Origin: Nemertoderma westbladi | Lineage: Eukaryota > Animalia > Xenacoelomorpha | Assembly: GCA_032718475.1 (NCBI GenBank) | Contig: JAUCBJ010008359.1 | Span: forward strand, 1-64,000 | Direction of reading: 5' to 3' | DNA: 64,000 bases | Part shown: in pieces, positions 49,601 through 61,533 of the stretch | How the letters are laid out: each line of letters starts with the position of its first letter | Position numbering within the stretch: the first letter of the stretch is position 1 | Program-made: the position numbers and the translations under genes | Notes under the pieces: model-generated | What the model saw: only the letters and a program-made list of their open reading frames with translations | What the model was told of the DNA's origin: nothing | The model's database searches: none

Positions 49601-52471
49601 TCGCTGCAGGTTGCTGTCAAAACTTGGCTACATCGAGTAGATCTCAAAGTACAGGAAACAGCCCCGTGGAAATCCCAGCTGGCTGAGAGATCAATCTATG
49701 AGGAACCGACTGATGTCTCCGAACAAACTGATGTCACCCTTGCTCAAGAGGAAAGCGAAGAGGCCGCCGAGAAACCGCGAACTAGAGACGCTATCGACAT
49801 TTATTTGTCCGACTATCAGCGATTCCTAGGAGACGAAGAGTTGAGGAGACGGCTACATGGACTTTCCCCTAATAGTGAAGGAACCAAGCTTGTGTTAGAC
49901 TCAATCGATGCCGAAATGTTAGCTGCAAACCAAGCTGAATGTGATGAAAAACTCCGCCTCACTAGAGTCCGAGAAGAACAAATAAAGAAAAGAAGGATAG
50001 AGGAACAAAAGGCGGCGGATATGGCGGCAGTTATGGCAGAAGCAGAAGCCGAAAGAAAGGCAAGAGCAGCGGAAGCAGAAGCAGAAAGAAAAGAAGCAGA
50101 AGCCGAAAGAAAAGAAGCAGAAGCCGAAAGAAAGAAAAAGGCGGCGGAAGCAGAAGCCGAAAGAAAGGCAGCGAAGGCAGTGGCAGAAGTAGAAAGGAGA
50201 GCATCTGAGCAGACTACCCAACTGGAGTTGGAAAATCTGCAAGAGACACAAGACAGTATAAATAAACAGTTCACTGCTAATCAAATGCAGATGATGAGAA
50301 AATCTACTCCCAAGCGCCAAGGATACACATCCTCGGAGGAAGGTGATACTACCGATCCTGAAGGCGGAGGAAATAGATCTCATCTAAGTAGGCGTAGAAA
50401 AACATATTACCGTCGCAAATTGCCTGATTTGCCCCCAGCTGTTAAAAGACAGCTAACTAGCACAGATTTAGGTAGTGCAGAACCTATAGAACAATTTATC
50501 CAGGTCAAAAGACTCCCTACTATAGTCGATGAACCTGAAATAATTAGGCCTGTAATTCCCAAAGTCACTTCTATGCTAGAGACCCCTGCACTTCCAGAGC
50601 TTAACTCTAAATTCCCTTTACATAGCACTACACTGCCTGTACCCGGTGGAACAGTCCATGCAAATACCCCTGTCCAGATAGCAGAGAGAGAAATCAATAA
50701 TTTGTCTCCCGTCGTCCCGCGTCAGCCCGCTACTATGTTGGCGACTCCCGCTTCGGCGGTTGAGTGGGTGGAAGAGGGACGGCGGGGGATGAATCTTCTG
50801 CTAGGACAGATGCAGGAGACTGTCCACCAACTTAAGGGAACAGTGAGGGAAAGTAGAGCAGAGTTGCAAGAAGTGCAGCAAAGTATCGCGCTAGAACGCG
50901 ACAAATTAGTCAATATACAAAAAGGCATACCAATGCCCCCGGTAACATTGAGTCAACCCGTTAGGTCTGAAGTATCACATGCGCAAGGTGTGGAGCCTAC
51001 ACGCATCTATACTGCTAGTGAAGTTGAAACTCCTATAGCAAACCCTATTAAGGGTGATTATAGACCTGTTATTAATGATATTCCCTATAGACCTGATAAT
51101 GATCCGAGAAATTTGTATACCGATAATTCGATATTAAATAACACGATGGCCCAAGAAAGCTTTACGCGTCAGATGGCTAGAACAGAAGCCCGCCAAGCGG
51201 TCAAAGTGGGAGAGATCGTCAAATTCAATGGAGATGAGATGAAATGGTTACCTTTCAACGAATATTACAAAGATAGCATACAGAACTCTGTACTATCTAA
51301 CGGAGAGAAACTTAGATTCCTCATCAAGTGCTTGGAAGGACCTCCCAAGTTAATGGCGTTAAAGTTTATTGGACATCCAGAAGGATTAAGACAAGTTTGG
51401 GATACATTAAACATCAGGTATGGTAACAAAGATAACATAGCTAAGTATTTGTATACAAAGTTAGTACCCCCCCGACACTTCCTTAGTAGCGAGATTATAG
51501 AGTTTTCCGATGAAATTCAAGAGATCTGTAGACAACTGGACTGGTTAGGTAAGTCGCATGAATATCAGAGTTCCATGGTTATTGGAGCCGTAGTCTCTAC
51601 TTTACCAAAGGGTGGAGTATGTACACGCTGGGACAAGAAAGTGTTGTACATGAATGAACAACAACGACGAAGTCCTACCATGGCTGATCTCATGTCTTTC
51701 TTAGATAGTGAAGTAAAATTACAACTCATAAGGCAGTCCAGAGAGAAAACATCGGAAAATAAGGTAAGTGAGAAACCCGTTTCTAGGAGAAGGATAATAC
51801 CAGTGTGCTATACTGACGACGGCGAAAGCCAAGCTTCTCAAGAAGAGGACAGCGGGAAAGACACAGCAAAATCTTACTATGACAACAAGACCTATAAAGA
51901 CGTAAGTAAATACAAGTCTCGAACCAGTGACAGGAGAGAACAGGTAACAACAACTCCTCCTACGTCTCCTAAGAGAATTCACGGAAGAAAGCCCGAAGAA
52001 AGAACGAGAGTGCAGAACGTTAACCAAGTTAAGGTGAGTAACATCAAACCAAAATGTGCGCTGTGCGACGGGCCTCACCGTTTGAGTGCGTGTGCTGAAT
52101 TTCTAAAGAAATCCCCTGTAGACAGACGTACAGTCCTGTGTAATAAGCGGCTATGCTATAATTGCCTCAGATCAGGACACCAACGGCGAACCTGTTACTC
52201 CGACGTAAAGTGTGCAAAGTGTGGCGCGAAACATCACATCTTGTTACACAGTGAGTTCGAACGAGACAACCCGAGTCAGGTAAGTGAGCCCGAACTACAT
52301 GTCCAATTCAGTGATGTGAACGACACTGACCAAGGTTCTGAGTGGGAAGGATTCTATACAGACGAATTCTCCGATGCCAACGAATCCTGTTATCTAATAA
52401 ATACCACAGTGTATCGAGCACTTACGGATGAAAAGGACACTGATGAGTTTACTCCAACTCCTTTTGACAAA
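45389..52471 (+). mobile_element. Second copy of the BEL/Pao element, 3'-truncated before the protease
   Basis: LTR, 2.17-kb leader and Gag are collinear with copy 1 up to ...CCTTTTGACAAA at about 52471. After that come a short filler and the (GCTTA)n array. Confidence 0.92.
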
Positions 52472-52486
52472 AGGACAAAAGCTTAG
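48821..52486 (+). CDS. BEL/Pao Gag, 1221 aa, truncated at the repeat array
   Basis: Continuous ORF with (AEAERK)n coiled coil, DUF1759-like domain and triple knuckle. The stop comes from the (GCTTA)n array. Confidence 0.9.
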   Translation: MSDTQQNLSDSLIETTICDSDRSVERIKEKFGSPPTVKKVIPPVVSDPRLVHHRSIIGTRAQVKRDQEAAVLSQQHLGQEPTSQRPDSSSSSDTVELTPEHGVQMADTVYSDPLLTLPAAVLTTILIAVEEHQTDWAKNKQATQDNYAGYAREELRSIVETQWNFPGLGLPFDMSEATWEDIHRMGVAKDTMDPAVWKRSAAGYVQGFFGSLERLEEQLFRQPHGPQEQEELLYQIRERTLRIRLILSAFEETSKRRQDTSLQVAVKTWLHRVDLKVQETAPWKSQLAERSIYEEPTDVSEQTDVTLAQEESEEAAEKPRTRDAIDIYLSDYQRFLGDEELRRRLHGLSPNSEGTKLVLDSIDAEMLAANQAECDEKLRLTRVREEQIKKRRIEEQKAADMAAVMAEAEAERKARAAEAEAERKEAEAERKEAEAERKKKAAEAEAERKAAKAVAEVERRASEQTTQLELENLQETQDSINKQFTANQMQMMRKSTPKRQGYTSSEEGDTTDPEGGGNRSHLSRRRKTYYRRKLPDLPPAVKRQLTSTDLGSAEPIEQFIQVKRLPTIVDEPEIIRPVIPKVTSMLETPALPELNSKFPLHSTTLPVPGGTVHANTPVQIAEREINNLSPVVPRQPATMLATPASAVEWVEEGRRGMNLLLGQMQETVHQLKGTVRESRAELQEVQQSIALERDKLVNIQKGIPMPPVTLSQPVRSEVSHAQGVEPTRIYTASEVETPIANPIKGDYRPVINDIPYRPDNDPRNLYTDNSILNNTMAQESFTRQMARTEARQAVKVGEIVKFNGDEMKWLPFNEYYKDSIQNSVLSNGEKLRFLIKCLEGPPKLMALKFIGHPEGLRQVWDTLNIRYGNKDNIAKYLYTKLVPPRHFLSSEIIEFSDEIQEICRQLDWLGKSHEYQSSMVIGAVVSTLPKGGVCTRWDKKVLYMNEQQRRSPTMADLMSFLDSEVKLQLIRQSREKTSENKVSEKPVSRRRIIPVCYTDDGESQASQEEDSGKDTAKSYYDNKTYKDVSKYKSRTSDRREQVTTTPPTSPKRIHGRKPEERTRVQNVNQVKVSNIKPKCALCDGPHRLSACAEFLKKSPVDRRTVLCNKRLCYNCLRSGHQRRTCYSDVKCAKCGAKHHILLHSEFERDNPSQVSEPELHVQFSDVNDTDQGSEWEGFYTDEFSDANESCYLINTTVYRALTDEKDTDEFTPTPFDKRTKA

Positions 52487-52649
52487 CTTAGCTTAGCTTA
52501 GCTTAGCTTAGCTTAGCTTAGCTTAGCTTAGCTTAGCTTAGCTTAGCTTAGCTTAGCTTAGCTTAGCTTAGCTTAGCTTAGCTTAGCTTAGCTTAGCTTA
52601 GCTTAGCTTAGCTTAGCTTAGCTTAGCTTAGCTTAGCTTAGCTTAGCTT
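52481..52649 (+). repeat. (GCTTA)n array, about 34 units
   Basis: Perfect pentamer array. Confidence 0.98.
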
Positions 52650-53029
52650 TTGTTAGGGTTTGTTTTCTTTTTCTGGATGGCGATTGCGCACACAGACAGT
52701 TACCTATTTCTACCTTGCTGGTCCCTGTACAATAACCTTTACTGAGTACATCAATCCATTTATAGACTTGATTGAAGTGCCTTTTCGAGAGATGCGGTCC
52801 GCAAACTCTATACATAAATCCCGCAAACTGTGTGTAATCCCCCTTGAGGTCCAAGTAGCTTTTTTATGAGCTGGTTCGTCTTTGTTATTCCCTTCTTTTC
52901 CATCCGCTGGTAGAAAATCGGACCAATTCCAGGAACCTTGATGAGCTTGGTTTTGTATATCTTAGACATCCTTGTAGCCGCATAATCCAACTCCTTTTTC
53001 GTTGATTTGTTTCGCTTTGTTCTACCCAT
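52633..53029 (-). pseudogene. BAF (barrier-to-autointegration factor)-like gene, intronless, one frameshift in an A6 run
   Basis: Joining the two 73-aa ORFs by removing one A at 52860-52865 gives STKKELDYAATRM..KVPGIGPIFYQRMEKKG..QLIKSYLDLKGDYTQFAGFMYRVCG..VYKWIDVL. This is collinear with BANF1 [58 protein letters not shown]. The frameshift may be a sequencing error. Confidence 0.72.
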
Positions 53030-54807
53030 TTCAAATCTAAAGATTTGAGTTTAGTAAATGAAGTTAAACTGGTTCTACCCCGTAAGACGCTACGATTTTG
53101 AAATTACTTACAATACTATACTATAACCGCTTATAAGCGAACTATATCTAATAACTACATTTTCTTAATTCCAGAATATTACAACCAAAGTCACCACGGA
53201 TACAACTTCTAAATTTCACAAAAGCCACTTTTATTGCAACATAGAAACAAGATTCTTCAAACGACAAGACATTAATTGTTTTGTAAATTTTAAAATATCT
53301 TTTAGGAACAATTTGTATTATCATTATCATGCCACCCTTCTACAAATCTTAATGAGATTGCACGAAATTGGAAACGAAACAGTGGAACAAGTATCTTTGT
53401 AGTTTAATTCCAAAATTGTAACATTACGAAATGATTGTATATATTATATTATAAGTGATAGAAACTGCACAAATTAAATTTGTTGCTGTAAAAATGACAT
53501 AAATTATGCTATAAAAAAGTTAGCTTATATTTATGGTGGCGTTTGGAGCCATGTTAATAGTTTATAGCTACTGGTTATTAATAGCTACCGGTAGGTAATG
53601 CAGTAGGCCTATCTGGCTGTCAGGCAATTAAAAATAAAATCCAACTATTGTGTATGTGGTAACCATGACGGCGTTACTTTACAGTAACGCCGTTGGGACA
53701 TAACATAATAATAATACACCAATACAATACTAATTGTACAGGCCAATACAATAATGTATTGTGGTATAAAGTTGTAAAGTCCTAAATAACAACTCGCTGT
53801 CAATACTAACGTCATTGAGTAATGCTACAATTTTGGAATACAACACATTTGAATTTAGTTGGGAAATAGCTGAGATATGAGCATTCGAAAGTTGCATGTA
53901 TTTGCTTCGGCTGCAGGCAATAAAAAATCAAAAATCACAAAAAAATCAAAAATAAGGCCATCGTAATACAAGGCCTGATCACCTCCCTCGATCAGCTGAT
54001 CAAACAAGTCATACTTATATTTAATTTAATTTAATTCAATTCAATTCAATTATATTTTATTTATTCCGTTGTAATAAGAGTAAAGTAATAATTAATGTCA
54101 CATAAACAATACAGATTACGGAAAGGGATAAACGAAAATAGCACTGTGGAATAAAAACATAAGACATGTATGTGTACAAGTAATAAAGCTACGAGCACCC
54201 TCCCCCACGCTAAGCCGTAGCCAAGGCGTACTATATACAAGGCCATGCCATCGAGTTAACTGGGGGCGGTGACTGGGGGCAAGATTTATTTTACAACAAT
54301 TTGATATTTTGATATGGGGAGAGTTCTATAAATTTTAATTTGCTGCAATTTTATCAATGGACGTAATTGAAGCATCCTCGTTTAAGTAAGATACAAACTT
54401 TTATGGTAGCTAGTGTTTTATTAAAAACTCATGGAACCGTTCTAAAACGTGTTTAAAATCAATAAAAAAAATTGTGAAAAAAAATATTGTGAAAAAATAA
54501 AAAATTTTGAAAATTTTTTTTATTGATTTTAAACACGTTAATAGAATCCAGCTTTTTTCTAAAAAATGTTCTAGAACAAAAAATATTTGTTCTAGAATAT
54601 AATTTTTTTTAAATGAATAGCTAACATCTTCTGGAACATTTTCTATTCAAATAATAACAAGATCTAGCTACTACAAAATATTTATAGAGGGAAGTAGGAT
54701 GTCGGAACCAATGTTGAAATTACTAGCTAAACCTATCTACAACACTAGCTACCATAGTGGTATCTAGGTCAGGTCAAGTATTCTAGGTCATTGATCAAGA
54801 AAACTTG

Positions 54808-55230
54808 CCACCTCCATGCAGCATAAAGGAGGTGCCACCTGTAGCTGCATAGACCCTCTTACTAGGGCATATCTGGTCCTGTAACTAGGACCCCCTTCGT
54901 TCTGGGATAAGGACGCCCTTGGTCCTGGATTAAGGACCCAAATACTTGGCTGCAGGGGTATATGGCCTGACCAGGCAGATGGTGATCTACTAATGGCTGG
55001 TCAGGAGTAGAGTGTTCTCATGTCCACTCTGAGAGCACTTCACTGCGACCTGCACCTGGCAGCAAGGGTACAGGGCATGACCCAGCAGATGAGCTGCAAC
55101 AGCCAATGGTGGGTCATGTGCGCCAGAGTAGATATGGGTGATGGGCCTCATATCTGACTCCATTGCGACACCCACCCTGTGGAATGGCAAACCAGGGTGT
55201 GGTATTTGCCCCGAGAGCTGACTCGGCAAA
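54808..55230 (+). promoter_or_regulatory. Array of consecutive stem-loops upstream of the accessory ORF (IRES-like leader?)
   Basis: Stems CACCTCC/GGAGGTG, GGTCCT/AGGACC (x2), CCTGACCAG/CTGGTCAGG, GTGTTCTCA/TGAGAGCAC, CATGACCCA/TGGGTCATG, AGATATG/CATATCT, CACCCTG/CAGGGTG, TTTGCC..CGAG/CTCGGCAAA. Function is inferred. Confidence 0.6.
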
Positions 55231-55252
55231 AAAGCACCCCCCAACCCCCACT

Positions 55253-55939
55253 ATGGATTACATTAGCAATGCGACCACTTTCAAATCCCACTTTAAGCAG
55301 CAAGCGTTAGTGTATTGGAACATCTGCACGCCACCCTGTGCGTTGCTGCAATATTATTTGGTGCTGGAGTCGAACACGGTAACTTGTTTAGTCGCGGATA
55401 TTGTTGCGCAAGTTTTGAAGCGTCATCCATTGGTGTTCGGAGGAGATCAATACGTTCGCTCGAAAGGGGGAATCCAATCCGACGTGATGAAGCATTTCTT
55501 AACCCCGTTCTTCAACCAATCGCTAGAAAACACGTCGATGGTTAGGAGAGGATTAGCAATATTCGAAGGAATATATCGACAGAACATCGGAGATTTGGGA
55601 GACCGACCGTTGATGGAGTATCCGACGCCAGAGGCCTTGGAGAAGTGGTTCGGGAATCAAACCCGCAGGTTTGGTACTCCCGTCCACTTAGAGGCGGATA
55701 GACCCATTAGAGAGGGTTGGCCGGAGACGTTAGTGGAGGTGTTCGGAGTGGATCTCCCGGTGGAGAAGACATATCCGAAACGAACGCGGGAGGAAATATT
55801 GGAGATAGAGGACAAAGGCGAGGATGTTTACTTTGTTCTGGATCGACAACCTCTGACTGGAGAGGATGATATCGTTTTAGACATTGGGAAGGAAGGGAGT
55901 GCGAAGCCGATTGGAGACCTCATATATGAAAGGGCCTGA
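55253..55939 (+). CDS. Homolog of accessory ORF2, unknown function
   Basis: First ATG at 55253 after the hairpin array. YYLVLESNTVTCLVADIVAQVLKRHPLVFG / FLTPF / GLAIFEGI align with 11578-12093. Ends in TGA. Confidence 0.75.
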   Translation: MDYISNATTFKSHFKQQALVYWNICTPPCALLQYYLVLESNTVTCLVADIVAQVLKRHPLVFGGDQYVRSKGGIQSDVMKHFLTPFFNQSLENTSMVRRGLAIFEGIYRQNIGDLGDRPLMEYPTPEALEKWFGNQTRRFGTPVHLEADRPIREGWPETLVEVFGVDLPVEKTYPKRTREEILEIEDKGEDVYFVLDRQPLTGEDDIVLDIGKEGSAKPIGDLIYERA

Positions 55940-57028
55940 TTTCCACAAGTGCGTAGATGCAAGTTGTGCGGCAGCACAAGGCATAGTCAAAAGTCGTGCG
56001 ACGCTGTAGTAGAGGCGGAGCATAAGGTTTGTTGTTGGTGCAACGAGACAGATCACTCATTCCATACGTGCACCGTCTTCATTTCTCAATGTGGATATTG
56101 TGGGGTAAAGGGACATCGTAGTGCGAAATGTCAACTACGTGATGATTCTTTCCAAAACCATAGCACCAACCTACTCCGGGAAATGTTAGACAAGTGGGAG
56201 GGTGTGGCTGATTACCACAACCAAGCGCAAATGCGGTGGTTGCCGTTTAAAGCAGGATACGGGTTCTGGGCGGTAGATCCATCACACGTCGCATATGAAC
56301 CGTATTTGCAATCTCTACCATAATATCAGGAGCTGATACTAACCGCTCAAGACCTTCCGCAGAATACTGGAGTTGTAGTTGTCAGATCATACTTTAGACA
56401 GTTGAACATGGACAATAAGTATACTTGGAACTTTGTTGCTATTTGCGACAGTATAACCAAAGGTTTATTTTTGGAGACGAGGAAGGTGGTGCGCGCGCGA
56501 GGAGATTGGAGGATGGCGGCTATACAATACCGCAATGAATTTCTGTTGACTCACGTACCGGTGGGGTCATTGACCGCCGAACGAATAGAGGAGCAACGGA
56601 CCGCGGCGCCCACAGCGACAACAGCCGGAGCTCACAGCTCGCGGCAAGTACCAGAAGGAGGAGTCCTAGACAAGCATCAGGTCAAGGACGAGCACTATCA
56701 TTCGATAATTGAAGCTCGACGACTGCAGCGGAGGGCACAGGGGGCGTCCGAAAAGGCGCGCGTGCAACTGCAGAAAGAGGAGCTGGCGGAGGCGACCACG
56801 GGAACACGGCAAATGGGACGAGGCCGAGGGGGAGTACCAGCCGAGAGACAGCCGGGGCCCAGGGAACATCGTCGCCGGCTCCGGGAAGTGATACCTCACG
56901 GACGCCGTCATCTGAGTCCACAGGAGGAAGACTGGTGTATCTGGGGAGGGGGCGAAAGAGGGGAGCAAGCCCAAAGAACCCAGGAGCGAGCCGATAATAC
57001 GATAGTATCATGGAGCGACAGACTCTAG
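55940..57028 (+). CDS. Homolog of accessory ORF3 (triple CCHC knuckle), with one internal TAA at 56321-56323
   Basis: Same frame as the upstream ORF. Knuckles CKLCGSTRHSQKSC, CCWCNETDHSFHTC, CGYCGVKGHRSAKC. WEGVADYH matches WEANADLH. Homology continues past the TAA (YQEL..VRSYFRQLN vs SYEL..VRKFLRSIN). Confidence 0.75.
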
Positions 57029-57540
57029 ACATATACATCATCGTCGCTCTGATGTATATCGTAGGTTTTGGTAAAACGATCGACTGGACTCATATACACT
57101 AGTCATATTCATTTTAGAGTTTTATATTATGAGAGAGGCGAAGGAGGTGACTGGGGAGACAAACCTGTGGGTTTGGCTTACTCCTTTCACCAGCCCTAGC
57201 CAGGGTTTTTTATTAAGTAGACCGTCAATTTGTAAATGAAAGAGCAATATTTTTGTAAATTGTATGTAGTAATCATTATGTAGTATGAAAGGGAAAGCAA
57301 TATTTTGTAAATTTAATTTGTATTTAGTAATCATTATGCAGTGAGAGAGATAATATTTTTGTAAATTTAATTTGTATGTAAAACCATTATGCAATATCTA
57401 TGGCAATATTTGTAAATATTAGAACTATTATAGTACCAAGTTATTTAGATTATTTGAAAGTAAATTTTATTTTGTTTGTTTACATCGCCCTATATTCTTC
57501 TACAATTGGAGGGAAACATTGCTTGTTTCCCTTGGAACGG

Positions 57541-58313
57541 TGTTACGATACTGTTATCAGCCCATTATACAGTATAGATATTTAGATAAGCCATAATGAT
57601 GCGCAATCATATTTAGATAAGGAAAATAAAATATCCATATTCGTAAATCTTATCCATTTTGTATAGTATGTAGCCCTACCTATGTAATTTTGTAATAAAA
57701 TATAAATAAATAGTTTTACGGTAGCAAGTTTCCTATAAAAACCTTGATGCAAGCTTGCTGTTATTGGGAGTAATCGGATTAATCGTATATTTGCATTAAT
57801 TTCCGTTATATTTGCGCTAAATTAGATTGTATGTACCGTGCTTTGAATATCGCGAAATTAAGTAACGCAACCATTACCATATATGGTAATAATTTGTGAT
57901 TCTAGGAGCCATTAGGTTCACAATCCGGCTTCCTTATTGCCCTAGCTGCTTCCAGGTTGGTCTAATGGTAGCGCGGATTGGGGAACCAATGAGAGGATTA
58001 TTGCATCATCCTTTATGAATCACCTATAAATTGGCTGTATTTCCGGTATGTGCTATCCATAATCTATCTCTGTTAATCTCAATCTCAGTATAATCTCAGT
58101 ATTTGTTTCTTGCAATAATTCGTAATTATTTGTAATTTCTGATTTAAATTCTTTGCTGTGTTTCTCAATCGATCTTGATGGTTACTGCAAATTACAATTT
58201 CGAACTATGATTTCTACCCCTTTGATTAATAGTTCTATATGATTTAAGATGCGATAATCCCACGGGATTTTCTTTAGACTGTCAGACTGTTTGTAATTGC
58301 ATGCACCGCTACA
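57541..58313 (+). mobile_element. Putative 3' LTR of a second, diverged element
   Basis: GGAACGG|TGTTACG mirrors GGGAGCGG|TGTAAAA of element 1. CCAAT near 57987, TATAAA near 58025, candidate end ...CGCTACA. No partner LTR in the window, so the right border is tentative. Confidence 0.5.
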
Positions 58314-58445
58314 GTAGCTATTCGTTGTAATGGTGGGCTAAGGTACCGGTAGGCGCGGCGGGCGCACCGGGGGGTAGCGACGAAGGGAGTGCGGAGGATT
58401 CAAAATGGGCAATGCTGGCGGGGGGTCACCGTTGCGGCCGGGGGT

Positions 58446-58524
58446 TAAGCTAAGCTAAGCTAAGCTAAGCTAAGCTAAGCTAAGCTAAGCTAAGCTAAGC
58501 TAAGCTAAGCTAAGCTAAGCTAAG
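58446..58524 (-). repeat. (TAAGC)n array, about 16 units, opposite orientation to 52481-52649
   Basis: Perfect pentamer array. Confidence 0.98.
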
Positions 58525-59717
58525 TACACCAATATTAGATATTGAGTTCCGTTTTGGAGTTCGCCTTGCAGACACTAAAGTTGCAATAACTTTTGAGACC
58601 GTGCATGGATTTGGCTCAAATGACTTGCAAACCTTTTCTACGCCGATGCTCTTTTACCACATGTAATGTGGTGAAATGTGGTGAAAACCACATATTTATA
58701 AGAAATTCCACCAAAAATAGTTTAATTTACTTTTTTCGCAGGGAAAAAAGTAAAATCAATGCAATCTTACGGGTTACTATTTTCCTTAGGGAAAAAAGTT
58801 TAACTTTTTCTCCCGATTTTGGGGTACTTTCGAGCGAAAAAGGTAACAAATTAAGAAAATATATTTATATTTTTTTTGCGGTGGTAATTATAATAGTAAT
58901 TAATAATTATATATAATTATAATAGTAATTGACAATATGCAATCATAATATCGGCTCAAAAAATTTCAGGCAGCAACCCTATTGTTGCAACTAAATATTA
59001 ATGTTTAAAACGAAGTAGTAGGCTACTAACAGTACTTTATAAAAGTTTACAAAAAAATTCAATTCAACAAATTATCGTTTTAATCATTTGAATTGAATTC
59101 TACGTTTTTTTTTAAATCCAATTTTAATCCAGTTCTTAATTATTGTACTCAATACGATAGTTTTAACAATATCCATTTCATCATGCTATCAGTAACAATG
59201 ACTCTAAAGAAAGGCATTCATTCATACCTAACTGTCGTTCTATCGTGACATTTTTTATTCTGTTCTATCCTGTAATTATTGCTAAATATAGCTCCACACC
59301 TACTGTATCTATTTTGCCTTTTACTTTGTAGCGTTGACCGCGATGAGATATCGCACTGCTGCCCGTGGGTTTTCGTCTCTTTTTTCATTTAGTTAGGAAA
59401 TTGACAATTTTGAATACAGTTAGTAGTCAGTAGTGTAGTACCAGTATAATAAAACAATAAATAAATATTATATTGAAATTTAAACAAAGATAATTCAGAA
59501 AGGCCTTTTACCATAGTCAAAGTATTCCTACTCTCTGACTACCAGTGTTATAGTGCAATTAATTTTCCCTCTTTCACTGTATTAAACTGCTACCCTGTTA
59601 CAAGACAAAACAGTTTCGTGGTGTTACTGTATGGACCATCTTAACCCTGCGTGCCGCCCATCTGAAGAATACCAGGATTTCACTTTTCGGTCGACTTTTT
59701 ATTGGAATTTTATATAT

Positions 59718-61424
59718 GGCACGTTCCACGATAACGTCAACCAAGGGCTCATTTCTAAAAGTTAGGTATTGTTGGCTTTTGTGAACTTTTACTAGATCGA
59801 AATTTATCGCAGAATACAAATCTGAAACTATAAATCTCAAATTTATAAATTTTAGTATCGTAAATTGCTCTGGTAGCTGGTGCGTTAAAATTTCAATTTT
59901 TTTGTCAAAATTGGAGACATTTTGTTTTTTGAAAATTTGATACAATGCAATACAGTTTTGCTATTTTCAGCCTTTTCAGATGGAATATATACATTTTGGG
60001 AATGCAATGCCACGTTGTTCATGATCTAAAACGAGTTGACTGACTAATACTTTTGATTTTTGCATGAGGCAATTTGAATGTCACGTACTTTACCAAAAAT
60101 ATGTATTATTTTATTTTATAAAGTCAAATTTAGCTCCAAGGGAACTAAAAGTGGAATCTACAATATTAAAGTATATTTACATGTTTTGTGTTGAACATTT
60201 CTCGAAAATTCTGTGCTTTTGACACATTTACAATGGTAAAGTACGTGACGTAAAAATATTTTTTCGTAAAGTACGTGACATAAAAATATTTTTTCGTAAA
60301 GTAGGTGACGGTTGTATGGACTATAACTGACCACTTAAGCAGTGCCAGCGCATCACACACTGTGAATCCTGCCCATCAGGCCACCTGGAGCTCGGCGTCT
60401 ATTGGATGACAACTCTATCCACCTGCAACTGAAGCCTGCAAAACGATATAACATATGTCTCTACCAGATCAGGGTGGGGTGATATAAGTCCATTTGTTAT
60501 GAACTATTGTTTCCCCAGAGACAACCAATTAAATATTATCAATAATTGCTAACGCGTGCATGGCCCATGGTTAATGAGATGACAGCAACATTTTCCCAAG
60601 GTCTTAGTGGTTCTAATTAATTAGAAACGTGCCAGTACCATAGCGCGTAGCGGTAACCTCGACACAGATAGAGCTAGGGCCGTAGCAACGTCATCAAAAA
60701 TAAGCAATCCACCATCAGCTATACGAACTGCGACTACTGCACAATAAAAAAGACAATACATGATATCACCAGTGTGTGTAATAGCGAAACACGGACTATA
60801 ATAACCGTAGGCCTACCCCTAATATTAGTTAATCAAAATTTTATTATTATTTTCAATCACCCGGTCTTTAAAAATATGATAGAATCTGTATCTAGTTAAT
60901 TTCGTTACCAAATTGGATTGTAAAAACATATTGCCGCATGGAAGCGGGGTGAAATAGATTTGGATATTCGGATGAAATCGCATGGGTCACGTACTTTACT
61001 TGGCAATGTCACGTACTTTACTTGGCAATGTCACGTACTTTACTTTGTTTTACATCAAATTCACTGAATTGCGTTAGGTTTGAAATGTCAATAAAGGCTG
61101 TTTTGGAAACAGCAATATTACCTCTTGGCTGCTGTGGACTCATTTATTACCTCAAGGTGCTCAATTCGCTGGATTTTGGACTTACATTAAAAAAAATATA
61201 TTTTAAAATTTCTGCGCGTCACGTACTTTACCTGCGTTTGGTTGATGATTACTAAAGCCATCTACACTAAGAAGTTTAGCTTCTATACTAAACGTGTAGC
61301 AGAATACTTTGTCTCTCAGAATATCACAAGTTGATGCTCTATGAAGACTGTTGTATATATGTAATTTGCAAAAGAATGTAAAAATTGGTCTCTGACAGTC
61401 ACGTACTTTACCGTGGAACGTGCC
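59718..61424. mobile_element. Non-autonomous DNA transposon with GG...CC TIRs
   Basis: TIR GGCACGTTCCACG ... CGTGGAACGTGCC with ATAT on both sides. Internal TCACGTACTTTAC repeats. The empty site is visible at 63398-63406. Confidence 0.93.
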
Positions 61425-61533
61425 ATATGAAGATTTTTTATTTTTTTTATTTTATCTTTAAGTGTTTTATAGCGCTTATTTCTGTCTTATAACCTGTACA
61501 TATACTAATTCGTTTATTGTTTTGGTTAGATTC

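Noticed and set aside
56321-56323. Second programmed read-through at TAA
   Set aside because: The homolog in element 1 is open across this region, so it is more likely a nonsense mutation.
58420-58448. piggyBac terminus (GGG|TTAA)
   Set aside because: I found no matching TTAA|CCC inverted end in the window.
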